Source: Candidatus Zambryskibacteria bacterium RIFCSPLOWO2_02_FULL_51_21 (GTDB lineage: Bacteria > Patescibacteriota > Minisyncoccia > Phycocordibacterales > Zambryskibacteraceae). From it: 64,000 nt of DNA. Below, one piece after another: positions 28,248 to 37,468 of this stretch. A model generated the notes under the pieces. It was not told where the DNA came from. It worked only from the letters and a program-made list of their open reading frames with translations, and ran no database searches. The stretch is taken from assembly GCA_001824255.1 (NCBI GenBank), contig MHWQ01000002.1, positions 393,572-457,571 on the forward strand. The letters run 5' to 3'. How positions within the stretch are numbered: the stretch's first letter is position 1; every line of letters starts with the position of its first letter. A program made the position numbers and the translations under genes.

Positions 28248-28652
28248 TTACAGCGGGATGTCGAAAGCGTAGGCCCCGGCGCCGGTGAGGAGGAGAGAAA
28301 TTGAGATTACGAAGAGCAGGAGGTAGAAAGTGATGTCGCGCTTGAGCACCTCCCGCATACTCAGCTCAATGCCAAGCTCAATACCGGTTAGTATTGCGAA
28401 GGCGAGCGCCGCCACTTGCGTCCAGAGGCCGATGAGGAGGAGAAGACCTCCAGCAATCTGAATTATGCCGTAGACCGCCACGAATAAGTCTGCGGGCCTG
28501 AGATACAGAGCCTCAAAGGAGGTTATCCATCTCTGTTTCTCGCTTCGAAACTTAAGAAAGCCGAGGTCTATGAATATGAGCCCCAAGACAAGCCTTAGGA
28601 ACAATGGCGCGAGAATCGAATAGGCGAGCAGGTCTGGGAATGGATTAAGCAT
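28248..28652 (-). CDS. DoxX-family membrane protein.
   Basis: 134 aa, four hydrophobic helices. APLFLRLVLGLIFIDLGFLKF is a typical DoxX N-terminus. Confidence 0.55.
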   Translation of the reverse strand: MLNPFPDLLAYSILAPLFLRLVLGLIFIDLGFLKFRSEKQRWITSFEALYLRPADLFVAVYGIIQIAGGLLLLIGLWTQVAALAFAILTGIELGIELSMREVLKRDITFYLLLFVISISLLLTGAGAYAFDIPL

Positions 28653-28667
28653 GTAATTATTTTAGCA

Positions 28668-29522
28668 TTATTTAAAAAGTTTTTGATGAATGGGGCAAAA
28701 ATGCGCGGAGCGCTCGCCTACCACAATTCTTTTAATAACGCCGCCGTCGTTTTTTCCACAGGATTTTCCCGTGCGTCTGTAAGCTCGGTGGTGGTCTTGG
28801 AACTTTCCGCGCTCTCCCTTAATATTCCTATAATCCGACATCGAGTCTCCGCCGAAGTTGATTCCTGCTTTCAAAACTTCTTTCATCGCGGCAAACATCG
28901 GTTTCATATTCTTGAGCGGAATTTTTCCAACCAAGGAAGTCGGATGTACTCCCGCACGCCACAAAATTTCGTCTGAATAAATATTGCCGATGCCCGCAAT
29001 AAGCGACTGGTCCATGAGAGCTTGCTTGATTTTCGCCTTCGGGCGCTTATGTAATTGAGAATTGAAAATTGAGAATTGAAAATTTTTCTCCAGCGGTTCT
29101 GGACCCAGATGCTCAAGATGGAAACTTTTCTCCAGTTCGCTTGTTTTGGCGAGAGTTACTTTCGCAAACTTTCGGATATCGGAAAGCGCAAGCTCTTTGC
29201 CATTGTCCAGTTTGAATATAAGACGGACATAAGGGTAATCCGGCCGGTCATAGACGAAGTGTCCGGTCATCTTCATATGGACGATTATCGTATAACCGTT
29301 CGAAAGATGGATTAAAACATTTTTTGCCCGCCTTTCGGCTTTCAAAATTTTTTGCCCCGTGACGAGTCTCTTGAATTTTTTAAAGAAGGCCGGGTCTTTG
29401 ATATTGTCTTTGCCCGCGTGGTAAGCGCTCTTGTAAGTAGTCGAAACGCTTTTTACAGCACGGCCTTTTACAGTTTTGTTTAATCCGTTAACTGTTGTTT
29501 GAACCTCGGGCAGTTCAGGCAT
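28668..29522 (-). CDS. mutM: Formamidopyrimidine-DNA glycosylase (Fpg/MutM), with a short AT-rich in-frame insertion.
   Basis: MPELPEVQTT catalytic N-terminus. C-terminal zinc finger (CGKNDGGVIKRIVVGERSAHFCPIHQ). Confidence 0.9.
   Translation of the reverse strand: MPELPEVQTTVNGLNKTVKGRAVKSVSTTYKSAYHAGKDNIKDPAFFKKFKRLVTGQKILKAERRAKNVLIHLSNGYTIIVHMKMTGHFVYDRPDYPYVRLIFKLDNGKELALSDIRKFAKVTLAKTSELEKSFHLEHLGPEPLEKNFQFSIFNSQLHKRPKAKIKQALMDQSLIAGIGNIYSDEILWRAGVHPTSLVGKIPLKNMKPMFAAMKEVLKAGINFGGDSMSDYRNIKGERGKFQDHHRAYRRTGKSCGKNDGGVIKRIVVGERSAHFCPIHQKLFK
29054..29086 (-). repeat. Copy 3 (opposite orientation) of the intragenic AT-rich repeat element inside fpg. It encodes FQFSIFNSQ.
   Basis: AATTGAGAATTGAAAATTGAGAATTGAAAATT. 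Two AATTGAAAATT units with a 3-nt spacer, the reverse-complement arrangement of the mpg copy. Confidence 0.65.
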
Positions 29523-30084
29523 TTAAGTTTTTAAGCGCGGCCTTGACGCGTTCACTGGCGCCCTTCACCTCCTTCGGTACATGCTTGAGCGCTTCGCGTG
29601 CGTCGCGCTCGCTATAGCCGAGAGAGACCAGAGCTTCGAGAGCGTCACCCTCGGTGCGAGTATCAATGCCCTTGTCGGCGTCGCTTACCTTGAGCTTATC
29701 TTTGAGCTCAAGCACTATTTTCTCGGCGTTTTTCCTGCCAATACCCGACACCTTGGTGAGGTAGGAGGTATCGCCGGAAGCGACCGCCTGCCGGAGCATG
29801 GCAGGAGTGGCGACGTTAAGAATGCCTAGGGCGGTCTTCGGCCCAATGCCCGAAATGGTGATGAGAAGCTCGAAAACCCCGAGATTTTCCAGGTTACTGA
29901 AGCCGTATAGGTCGAGCGAGTTTTCCCGCACGGCAAGGTGGGTCCAGAGGAATATAGAGGAAGAAGGGGATGCTTCAAGAGCGGTGTCTGTCGTTACCGC
30001 AACGCGGTAACCCACGCCACCAACGTCAATCACGATGTAATGCAAATCCTTATGGCGAACCGTGCCGGAAAGGCTTGAAATCAT
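29515..30084 (-). CDS. ruvA: Holliday junction DNA helicase RuvA.
   Basis: MISSLSGTV...VIDVGGVGYRV N-terminus. HhH motifs (ISGIGPKTAL). Confidence 0.9.
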   Translation of the reverse strand: MISSLSGTVRHKDLHYIVIDVGGVGYRVAVTTDTALEASPSSSIFLWTHLAVRENSLDLYGFSNLENLGVFELLITISGIGPKTALGILNVATPAMLRQAVASGDTSYLTKVSGIGRKNAEKIVLELKDKLKVSDADKGIDTRTEGDALEALVSLGYSERDAREALKHVPKEVKGASERVKAALKNLNA

Positions 30085-30110
30085 ACATTAACTAGTGTAG
30101 CATCTCCCCA

Positions 30111-30374
30111 ATGGCTATAACACGAGGAGCTAAGAAGGCCCATAGAGCGTCCTTAAAGAAGCGCGTTTTCAACCAGCGCCGGAAGGATGCCGCGGCCAAG
30201 GCCGTAAAATCTCTGAAGAAGCTTGTCGCTGCCGGAGACAAGAAAGCCGCCTCGGCTCTCGTCTCTTCCGTCCAGAAAGCGCTCGACAAGGCCGTCAAGA
30301 CACACGCTCTCGACAGAAATACCGCTTCGCGCAAGCTCTCCCGCCTTTCTAAACTCGTAAAGAAACTCGCGTAG
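30111..30374 (+). CDS. rpsT: 30S ribosomal protein S20.
   Basis: Basic 87-aa protein resembling S20 (AKKAHRASLKKRVFNQRRK...). Confidence 0.85.
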   Translation: MAITRGAKKAHRASLKKRVFNQRRKDAAAKAVKSLKKLVAAGDKKAASALVSSVQKALDKAVKTHALDRNTASRKLSRLSKLVKKLA

Positions 30375-30438
30375 TGTGCTCCCAGTAGGAATCGAACCTA
30401 CATCGTATCCTCCGCAAGGATATATCCTATCCATTGAA
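30367..30438 (-). tRNA. tRNA-Arg, with the anticodon read as GCG (unusual).
   Basis: Reverse-complement folds as acceptor GCTCCCA/TGGGAGC, anticodon stem TATCC/GGATA, loop TTGCGGA, T-loop TTCGATT. The 3' end overlaps the rpsT stop by 8 nt. Confidence 0.65.
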
Positions 30439-30453
30439 CGATGGGAGCGGAAT

Positions 30454-30927
30454 TTAAAAGCCCAAATACTCTAGCACCTTCTCGACGAAGGGCAAAGGAT
30501 GGAATTCTTCTTTCAGAAATTTGGCGAGCGACTGGTCGAGCTGCTCAGCGTCGGCGTTTTTTCCGATTGGCACGATAATGAGCGGCATGAAGAGCTTCTT
30601 AGATTTCAAAATTATTTTTGGGTGTGGGTGTTCAGTATCGAGCCAGTAGGAATCAAGCGTTTCGTACGGATAGCGGACGTGGCCGCGGGTAACTCCCTTT
30701 TCATCTACCGAAGCGTGGATAATTTCCGGCAGTCTGTTGATGAAGAGAGCCAGTGCGAAGACAGCCGTGAGGACCAGAATCGCAAAGATAATATTGCCGA
30801 GGATTACGGCGGTGACGGCGACAGCCAAAGTGACGATGCCCACCGCCCAGAACCAGTCCTGGCTCCGCTCCTTATGCTCGTACTCGCGAGCTTCCCACTC
30901 GATTTTGAAAGTTTCCGGCTTTTTCAC
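30454..30927 (-). CDS. Hypothetical membrane protein (two TM helices).
   Basis: DWFWAVGIVTLAVAVTAVILGNIIFAILVLTAVFALALF hydrophobic pair. 157 aa. Confidence 0.4.
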   Translation of the reverse strand: MKKPETFKIEWEAREYEHKERSQDWFWAVGIVTLAVAVTAVILGNIIFAILVLTAVFALALFINRLPEIIHASVDEKGVTRGHVRYPYETLDSYWLDTEHPHPKIILKSKKLFMPLIIVPIGKNADAEQLDQSLAKFLKEEFHPLPFVEKVLEYLGF

Positions 30928-30932
30928 TGAAA

Positions 30933-31256
30933 TTATTTTACCACGCTTCCGGGCGTCACTTCGCGCGAGGGGTGGAGAAATACCGGCGCCCCATCATCCG
31001 CGCAGAGCATCATACCCTGGCTCTCCATACCCATAATCATTCTGGGTTCAAGATTGGTTATGAAGGGCGCCATTTTCCCCACAAGCGATTCGGGTTCTGG
31101 CACGGCCTTGGCGATGCCCGAGAGAATCTGTCTCGGCTCAGCTTCGCCTAGGTCCACCATAAGCTTAAGAAGTTTTTCCGAACCCGCCACTCTCTCGGCA
31201 GAAATAATCTTGCCCATCCTTATATCGCACTTCAGGAAATCCTCGATGCTTATCAT
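30933..31256 (-). CDS. tRNA-binding protein (CsaA/Trbp111, EMAP-like OB-fold).
   Basis: CDIRMGKIISAERVAGSEKLLKLMVDLGE matches the tRNA-binding OB-fold found at the C-terminus of MetRS and in CsaA. Confidence 0.7.
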   Translation of the reverse strand: MISIEDFLKCDIRMGKIISAERVAGSEKLLKLMVDLGEAEPRQILSGIAKAVPEPESLVGKMAPFITNLEPRMIMGMESQGMMLCADDGAPVFLHPSREVTPGSVVK

Positions 31257-31264
31257 GGATTTAA

Positions 31265-32350
31265 CTATTTGAATTTGAGGAGATAAATCCTGCCGCCGCC
31301 GTCAGTCTGGTCCGTTATAGCATAGGTAATCAGACTCTTGCCGTCCGCAGACCAGCTTGCGTCAGCGGGCCCGAAGGATTTCGCTCCCAGATAATATGAC
31401 CTGGCGCGGGTGTGGAAATCCGTAACCCGCCTCTTATTCTGGCCGTCGATATCCATTACCCAGAGGTCGTTGTGCATAAGTCTGTTACCGGTGCTGGAAG
31501 ACCAAATGAGCTTGCTGCCATTTGGAGAAAGCTGGGCGTGTTCATCCCAATCCTTCGGCGTGCTCGTCAGATTCGTTGTCTTTCCGGTGGCGATATCCAT
31601 GAGGTAGATATCAAGCCCAGTGACTGTTTGGCCATCTGAATTTGAGGAAAATATCAGCTTGCGGTCGTCTTTGGTAAACCCGTGGGTCTCATAAAACTTT
31701 GGACTGCTGCCGGGCTTAAAGCTCTTGATGTTGCTGAGTTTCGGAGTTCCGCTCTGAACCGAGAAGTCCGCCAAGGTGAGCTGCCAGAATCCGAACGTCT
31801 CCCCGGTTTTCAACATTTGCGCCCATGTAATTTTACTGCCGTCATGCGAGAAGTGAGGATGGAGAACGCCGTAGGTGCGCTGGCTTGTCAGATCGAGTAA
31901 CCTCCAGAAAGCGCTTCCGCTGGAATCAGTCACCCACAAATCATTGTTGTATCCCTTGCCTGGGGTCGCGTAGTCCGCTTGTCGGGAGCTTGCCTGGGCT
32001 TGGAACACGATGTAGTTGCCGTTCGGATGCCAGGCGGGGTTGCCCGCGTGGCGTTGCTTAAATTCCGGGCGGGAGCAAGTCAGACAGCGGGCGCTGCCGA
32101 GACTGCTGACATTGTCTGCGACGTAAACATCGTAATACCCGTCGCTGCCGCGCTTGTCGAAAGCAATTTTGCCGGTCCTTTCGCTCCAGTCCAGCCGCCC
32201 GCCGTTTTCCGAAAGCAGCGTATATTCCAATTGTTCCTGTGGAGTATCGGGCAGGCCTATCGGGGACTTATCCCTGTTTCTGGCCGTGCGCAAGAGTAAA
32301 AGAACCGCCAATATAATTAAAACGTAAATGATGGCTCTGTTTCTTCTCAT
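31265..32350 (-). CDS. Secreted TolB-like beta-propeller (PD40/WD40-like repeat) protein.
   Basis: Signal-anchor N-terminus. Repeated DLWVxD...G motifs (DLWVTDSSGSAFW, IYLMDIATGKTT, DLWVMDIDGQNKRR). Confidence 0.55.
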   Translation of the reverse strand: MRRNRAIIYVLIILAVLLLLRTARNRDKSPIGLPDTPQEQLEYTLLSENGGRLDWSERTGKIAFDKRGSDGYYDVYVADNVSSLGSARCLTCSRPEFKQRHAGNPAWHPNGNYIVFQAQASSRQADYATPGKGYNNDLWVTDSSGSAFWRLLDLTSQRTYGVLHPHFSHDGSKITWAQMLKTGETFGFWQLTLADFSVQSGTPKLSNIKSFKPGSSPKFYETHGFTKDDRKLIFSSNSDGQTVTGLDIYLMDIATGKTTNLTSTPKDWDEHAQLSPNGSKLIWSSSTGNRLMHNDLWVMDIDGQNKRRVTDFHTRARSYYLGAKSFGPADASWSADGKSLITYAITDQTDGGGRIYLLKFK

Positions 32351-32454
32351 ATATTGTTGGTTAATTTTATTTAACTCTCGGTAAGAACTAATTAAATATT
32401 AACAAAAATAAGGCTTTTGTCGCCTAATTATACAATAAACCCACAACCATATAA

Positions 32455-33777
32455 CTATTTCGAGATTAGAGTCTGGTATTTTCTGCCAGTCTCAGTAATT
32501 TTTCCTTGTTTTGCGGCCGTGCTCCCTGCCGAAATCATGTTCCCCATCATCTTTGTCCCAGAAATATTTTTGACCTCATTATAATCAAAGTATCCGAAGA
32601 AGAAATTGGACCAAAACGGCGAGACATACTCAAAGTTCCTGCTCTCTCCCAGCAGATAGAGAGTCTCCATAAATTTGGCGTCCAAAGGCTGCCAAAAACT
32701 GTAGGAATCTTTGGCAAACGTGCCGGCTGAAGCCGCCATATTTCCCGTCCTTTCTCCAATTTGCCATTTATAAAGCCATGCTTCATGGACAGCCAGTCGC
32801 TTGCCGTATTTTTTGGCAATATCATCTATGGTCAAAATCCGGTTAAGCAAATCTCCGTCTACTGGGTATATATGGATGTTTAAAAAATCCAGATTTGGAA
32901 GCTGGGTATATCGCTGGGCCCAATTCTGGTAATCTGCCTGCCAATTGCCGAAACCGGCGCCATACTTGATGTTGTCTAATCCTAATTTATCCAATTCCGA
33001 CAAGATGTATTTGACTTCATCAACTGCAGTTTCGATGTTACCAACAGGGAGACTCAGATTGCGCGCCGCGGTTTCGGGCTCATTTGCAACCGTCAGGTAG
33101 GCAGGCCGTAATTCCAAAGCTACAGTTTTGTTCATCTGAGCGGCACGCTGCTTATACGTCTCCACGGTTAAGGTGTCGTAATATTTTTTTACAGGAAGGG
33201 GAGAGAAGTCGGGGAAAATGGGTTGGATTTCAATAGTTACCGACAAGCCCCTGTTTTTTATTTCACCGACAAGTTTTTTATAAAACTCCAAGTACTGGGC
33301 ACTTTTTTCCGGTCCGCGGAAATCGGGATCTAATAAAGGGAAATTTATGTCAATCGTAATCGCTCTGACTCCTAGCTGCTGAAGTCTGTCAACGTAAGTG
33401 ATTGCTGAATTGTAGGTTTCAGCTGAGAGAAGAGTGTCGCCGAGATTTGGATTGGTTGGAGCCAAGGTCGCACTAAATATCACTGAAGATTTATTGCCGC
33501 TCCATTCGCTGCTAAGTTTTCGGTTGAAACTAGTAAGCTTGCCGTCTATCTTGTCATAAAGCGCCTTGTATTCTGGCGGGACATCGCCCACGGCCGTAGT
33601 GGTGGTTAAGCTAGATGGGGTCTTATCTCTATTGAATAATTGCTGGAGAAAATTCTGCTGGCTATCCCTTCGAGCAATTCGAACAACCGCCAAAACGGCT
33701 ATTACCATAAAGGCTATTAGAAGAATTCGTCCTTTTTTTCTTGGTCTATTCAATGTAACCGTTTTCCTTCCTGCCAA
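32455..33777 (-). CDS. Membrane-anchored glycoside hydrolase family 5-like (TIM-barrel) protein.
   Basis: N-terminal TM. LTVANEPE (GH5 NEP catalytic-acid motif). HEAW candidate nucleophile region. Confidence 0.45.
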   Translation of the reverse strand: MAGRKTVTLNRPRKKGRILLIAFMVIAVLAVVRIARRDSQQNFLQQLFNRDKTPSSLTTTTAVGDVPPEYKALYDKIDGKLTSFNRKLSSEWSGNKSSVIFSATLAPTNPNLGDTLLSAETYNSAITYVDRLQQLGVRAITIDINFPLLDPDFRGPEKSAQYLEFYKKLVGEIKNRGLSVTIEIQPIFPDFSPLPVKKYYDTLTVETYKQRAAQMNKTVALELRPAYLTVANEPETAARNLSLPVGNIETAVDEVKYILSELDKLGLDNIKYGAGFGNWQADYQNWAQRYTQLPNLDFLNIHIYPVDGDLLNRILTIDDIAKKYGKRLAVHEAWLYKWQIGERTGNMAASAGTFAKDSYSFWQPLDAKFMETLYLLGESRNFEYVSPFWSNFFFGYFDYNEVKNISGTKMMGNMISAGSTAAKQGKITETGRKYQTLISK

Positions 33778-33958
33778 AAAGCAGGTAGATTACCACGCCC
33801 AGAAAAGGAAATATCAGACAAATAAGCACCCAAAGGATTTTCATCCCGGCAGTTTTCCTGCTACGCAAGATGTCCACCAAAGCCCAAATGAATAAAATGA
33901 GACCCAAGACACCGACCAGTACCTTAATCCAGGCGACTGCGAAAATGGCTTTAATCAT
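33746..33958 (-). CDS. PLD-nuclease N-terminal (PLDc_N) family small membrane protein.
   Basis: 70 aa, two TM. WVLICLIFPFLGVVIYLLFGRK motif. Confidence 0.55.
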   Translation of the reverse strand: MIKAIFAVAWIKVLVGVLGLILFIWALVDILRSRKTAGMKILWVLICLIFPFLGVVIYLLFGRKENGYIE

Positions 33959-34219
33959 ATTTTTTATTAATGTCGTTTAGATTTTCCAAACACCATATAT
34001 TATCCCATACTTTTTAGGGGAGTGCGACAGGTTCTCTTGGCGGGGACGATGCCCGGAACTTTGAACTCAAAGCACGGCTCAAACCCTGCCTTGCCGGCAG
34101 GCAGGTCGAGGATCTTGATAAAAGTATACAGAAACTACGAGCTATCTACAAAGTTCATCCTGAGTGGTTTGAGACGCCAAAACCAAAATCTGATAAGGGG
34201 AAAAATGAACTGACCTATA

Positions 34220-34804
34220 CTATTTCTTAAAAAACTTCTCCTTGACTTCAGCAACACTCATTATCTTTAATTTACCACTCAACTTATTATCTTGGATAAT
34301 TCTCTTTCCTTCTTTCGACAAAAGTTCGTCGTGTGTAATCAAAACTTGGCAATAGCTCGCTCGCGATCCGAGCATTGCCGAAGCTAAATGAATGGCATCC
34401 GGAGCAGAAAGATTTGAGTTAAATGAAATAGCTTGTGCTAATTGCCAATCATCACTGTTTTTCAAAAAGTCATACAGGTCTATATTTTTGTAATCTTGCT
34501 TAAATTCATTAAACCATTCATATACCTTTTCAAAATCTCCACGCCTTAAATCTTTTTTGTCTGTTGCGCGTATTATTTTTCGCATTTCCCATTTTTTCTC
34601 AATCGCTTTATCTATAACAAACAAACTGTCTTTCTTGTAGTCTGCCATTTCCATCGCCAGAAAGGACGAGCTGACACACTTCCACCCCTTATCTTTTAAT
34701 TTACCGAGAACCAAAACTGTCTGGCGGTTACGCCCAGTAAGATAATCCAACGCGATGTTGGTATCAATATAAAACGATTTACTTTTTCTTGTCCCTTTTG
34801 GCAT
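34220..34804 (-). CDS. PIN-domain protein (VapC-like nuclease with C-terminal extension). Putative toxin.
   Basis: FYIDTNIALDYL (first acidic motif). APDAIHLASAML (third acidic motif). THDE near the C-terminus. Confidence 0.5.
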   Translation of the reverse strand: MPKGTRKSKSFYIDTNIALDYLTGRNRQTVLVLGKLKDKGWKCVSSSFLAMEMADYKKDSLFVIDKAIEKKWEMRKIIRATDKKDLRRGDFEKVYEWFNEFKQDYKNIDLYDFLKNSDDWQLAQAISFNSNLSAPDAIHLASAMLGSRASYCQVLITHDELLSKEGKRIIQDNKLSGKLKIMSVAEVKEKFFKK

Positions 34805-34952
34805 AAAATTCTACTTTGACTGGCTTGGTTACTTCCTTATGTCCCTTGAAAGAAACTTTTTCGCCATCTTTTGTGTAAAATTCAACCTTAACAGGTTTGG
34901 ATACCGGTTTTTCGGCAGTGAATTCAACTTTTTGTCGGCGTTGCTTAGACAT
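34779..34952 (-). CDS. Small Lys-rich 57-aa ORF with an internal tandem repeat. It overlaps the PIN gene start and is a putative antitoxin or partner protein.
   Basis: Manual translation: MSKQRRQKVEFTAEKPVSKPVKVEFYTKDGEKVSFKGHKEVTKPVKVEFYAKRDKKK. Duplicated KPVKVEFY motif. Overlaps the downstream ATG by 26 nt in another frame. Below the 60-aa cutoff of the ORF track. Confidence 0.3.
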   Translation of the reverse strand: MSKQRRQKVEFTAEKPVSKPVKVEFYTKDGEKVSFKGHKEVTKPVKVEFYAKRDKKK

Positions 34953-34968
34953 AGAATTATGAAAAAAT

Positions 34969-37260
34969 TTAGATCAATTCGTTAATTTTTTTGTCTTGAT
35001 CTTCGGCTATCTTAGCTACTGCTTGTAAGTGTTTTTCTTTCTCCGATTCCTTTGCGTCCAACTCTTTTATAATCTTCTTCTGAATTTCAACCGATGGCAA
35101 AGGAATTTCAACTATGCGCATTATATCTTTATTTAATGTTTTTCCTTTTGTTGCCCTTTGACTATATGTAGAGTAATCCAATCTGGGCAACAGGTAGTAA
35201 AGATATTTTGTAAGAACTCGGTTATCTTTCGGAACAATGCCTGCTATTGCTTCATTTGTGTAGAGTTCCTTCGCGGTTATAGCCACCTTGCCAATTGTAA
35301 GCTTAAAACTGAAGAGGAGAGTATCTATTGGCAATAATTTAACATTGGATTCTTTTACTCCCTTGTCGGTAATTTTTTCTTCAGTATTAGAAATATACAT
35401 TTGACGATTCATATCCCTGATTTTTACCCACAAATTTTTGCCACCATACAAACTCAAGTCTTTACGAGAGGGAGTCCCACCAATAACGATATCGCAAACC
35501 TCACCTAATTTAACAAAGTCAGTTGTTTTCTTGCCTTGCTTTCGATATTTATCCATCGAAAGTTTATACTTCTCCGCTACAATTTTTTTGAAATCAACCG
35601 AAAATGAATGGTTGGAATTTTCTTTGTCCTTCCAAATTTGCCTTAGCAAAATTAAATCATTTGCCTCAATCGGCGATCTTCCTAATTTGCTTCCTGTTTT
35701 TTTAAAGCCGTCTTCTTGAACATCAAAAAACCAAACATTTTGAGTTTGCCTGCCTTTTTCAAAAATAAGAATGCTTGTCGGTTGTCCGGTATAGGGCTTA
35801 AAGACGAATTCGTGCAACTTAATAACCGCGACAACATTACAGGTTTCTAAGAGGATTTTTCTTATTTTGATATACTCTGAATTTTCATCGAACAACAGAC
35901 CCTCTGGAACAACAACACCGGCAATTCCACCATTATCTAAAGAATCAATAATGTGCTTCAAGAAAACGGGATTTGCGTCCTCGCTGTTAAATCCATAAAA
36001 TGCGCTATAGTCTGTTGTTTGAGAAAAGGGGAAATTTGTTAAAACAACATTGTAATCACCTTTAACTGGATTTTTTAAACTATCCATTTGCTTAATGTTG
36101 TTGTGCCCATCGCCAATGATAATCATATTCATTTTGGCGATTTTGGCTGTGCCAGAGATCTCTCTGCCATATACCGTTTTCTCTTTCAAAATTTGTAGGT
36201 TTTCCTTAGTTTGTTTGCATTTATTCTTGATATGTCTAAATGCTTCAATCAAAAATCCTCCTGTGCCACAAGCAGGATCGTAAATCTTATCTCCAAATTT
36301 TGGATCAACTAGATCAACAATCAACTTAACAATATGTCGTGGCGTGAAGTATTCTCCCAAGTCAGTCCCAACGCTAACCGAATTTTTGAGAAAGTATTCA
36401 AATGCATCACCCTTTATATCAGAGTCAGCATCTAATAATTTCAGGGAAGAAAGCTTATCAACTATTTTCTTTAAGTTCTCGGGGCTTTTTATTAATAAAT
36501 TTTGCTGAAAAACATCTCCGCTGTGGTTATACTTATTAACTAACCTAGGCAAAATAATATTGTTAACATATTCGAGCATTCGATCTGGATCGAGCTTATA
36601 GAAACTTTCCCAACAATACTTTTTTTCAAGTATTCTCTGCTCGCCACTATTTTCTCTATCCTCTTCAATTTCACTAATGAGTTTTAAGAATAAGAGATTA
36701 GAAAATTCAGCAAATCTTTCTATTCCTTCCCTAATGCCTTCTTTACGAAGCAAATCATTTGCCTCAGAGAATATTTTTATAAGCTCTCTCTTGGTGTAAG
36801 TTATTTTTTCCGGAGAATACAATTGAGAGCCATGCTCTAAAAATTTAAGTAATTGTTTTTCCGAAATAAATTCCGTGATGATCTGGTCGTCTAACTTTAA
36901 ATTGCTTTTACTTCGAACATCGTGCGATTCAACAATTGAACCGTCAGTAACAAAAATGATATCCAAACCCAAAGGTTCGGCATAGAGATTAATCGCTTGA
37001 TTCAAGGCCTGCCTAAGGCTTTGCCCACTTCTCTTAGCTTCAATTATTCCTATTGGGTCGTCAGTTCCAGATTTATAAAGAACATAGTCTGGATTCTTGC
37101 CTTTAAATTTTTTATTCTGTTCTGTGGTTTTTGCTCTCTCTGTAAACACATTGCAGTCAGGTGAAGTTTCGTCCGTGTTCCAACCCAAATTAGCAAGAAT
37201 CAAATCAATCTTCTTTCTTGTTGCACTCTCTAATGTTTTGGTAAAAATTGGTGTAGACAT
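34969..37260 (-). CDS. Single-chain restriction-modification enzyme. It has an N-terminal PD-(D/E)xK nuclease, an N6-adenine gamma-class methyltransferase and a C-terminal HsdS-like target-recognition domain (Type IIG/IIB-like).
   Basis: NPDYVLY...IIEAKRSG (PD-ExK). Motif I IYDPACGTGGFLIEA. Motif IV TNFPFS. C-terminal TRD LGEVCDIVIGGTPSRKD...KNLWVKIRDM typical of Type I S subunits. Confidence 0.8.
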   Translation of the reverse strand: MSTPIFTKTLESATRKKIDLILANLGWNTDETSPDCNVFTERAKTTEQNKKFKGKNPDYVLYKSGTDDPIGIIEAKRSGQSLRQALNQAINLYAEPLGLDIIFVTDGSIVESHDVRSKSNLKLDDQIITEFISEKQLLKFLEHGSQLYSPEKITYTKRELIKIFSEANDLLRKEGIREGIERFAEFSNLLFLKLISEIEEDRENSGEQRILEKKYCWESFYKLDPDRMLEYVNNIILPRLVNKYNHSGDVFQQNLLIKSPENLKKIVDKLSSLKLLDADSDIKGDAFEYFLKNSVSVGTDLGEYFTPRHIVKLIVDLVDPKFGDKIYDPACGTGGFLIEAFRHIKNKCKQTKENLQILKEKTVYGREISGTAKIAKMNMIIIGDGHNNIKQMDSLKNPVKGDYNVVLTNFPFSQTTDYSAFYGFNSEDANPVFLKHIIDSLDNGGIAGVVVPEGLLFDENSEYIKIRKILLETCNVVAVIKLHEFVFKPYTGQPTSILIFEKGRQTQNVWFFDVQEDGFKKTGSKLGRSPIEANDLILLRQIWKDKENSNHSFSVDFKKIVAEKYKLSMDKYRKQGKKTTDFVKLGEVCDIVIGGTPSRKDLSLYGGKNLWVKIRDMNRQMYISNTEEKITDKGVKESNVKLLPIDTLLFSFKLTIGKVAITAKELYTNEAIAGIVPKDNRVLTKYLYYLLPRLDYSTYSQRATKGKTLNKDIMRIVEIPLPSVEIQKKIIKELDAKESEKEKHLQAVAKIAEDQDKKINELI

Positions 37261-37346
37261 ATTACCTCTATTGTATCAACTCAAAAAGGATTTGAAAAGG
37301 TGGTTCGTTTTCAGCCCTGTTTTATTAGGGTTCAAAGTTGCCAATC

Positions 37347-37434
37347 TGGCGGAGAGGGTGAGATTCGAACTCACGATACCTTGCGGTATGACGGTTTTCA
37401 AGACCGTTGCCTTAAACCACTCGGCCACCTCTCC
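37347..37434 (-). tRNA. tRNA-Ser (anticodon TGA), class II with long variable arm. CCA encoded.
   Basis: Reverse-complement GGAGAGGTGGCCGAGTGG...ACGGT CTTGAAA ACCGT...CCTCTCCGCCA. Confidence 0.85.
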
Positions 37435-37468
37435 GAAAAGTGATGTTATCACTTTTCGGCAGTCTTAA

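Noticed and set aside
29515-30084. ruvA separated by about 8 kb and several genes from ruvB-yebC-ruvC
   Set aside because: It is an ordinary rearrangement of a commonly but not universally linked pair. All three ruv genes are intact, so nothing further needs explaining.
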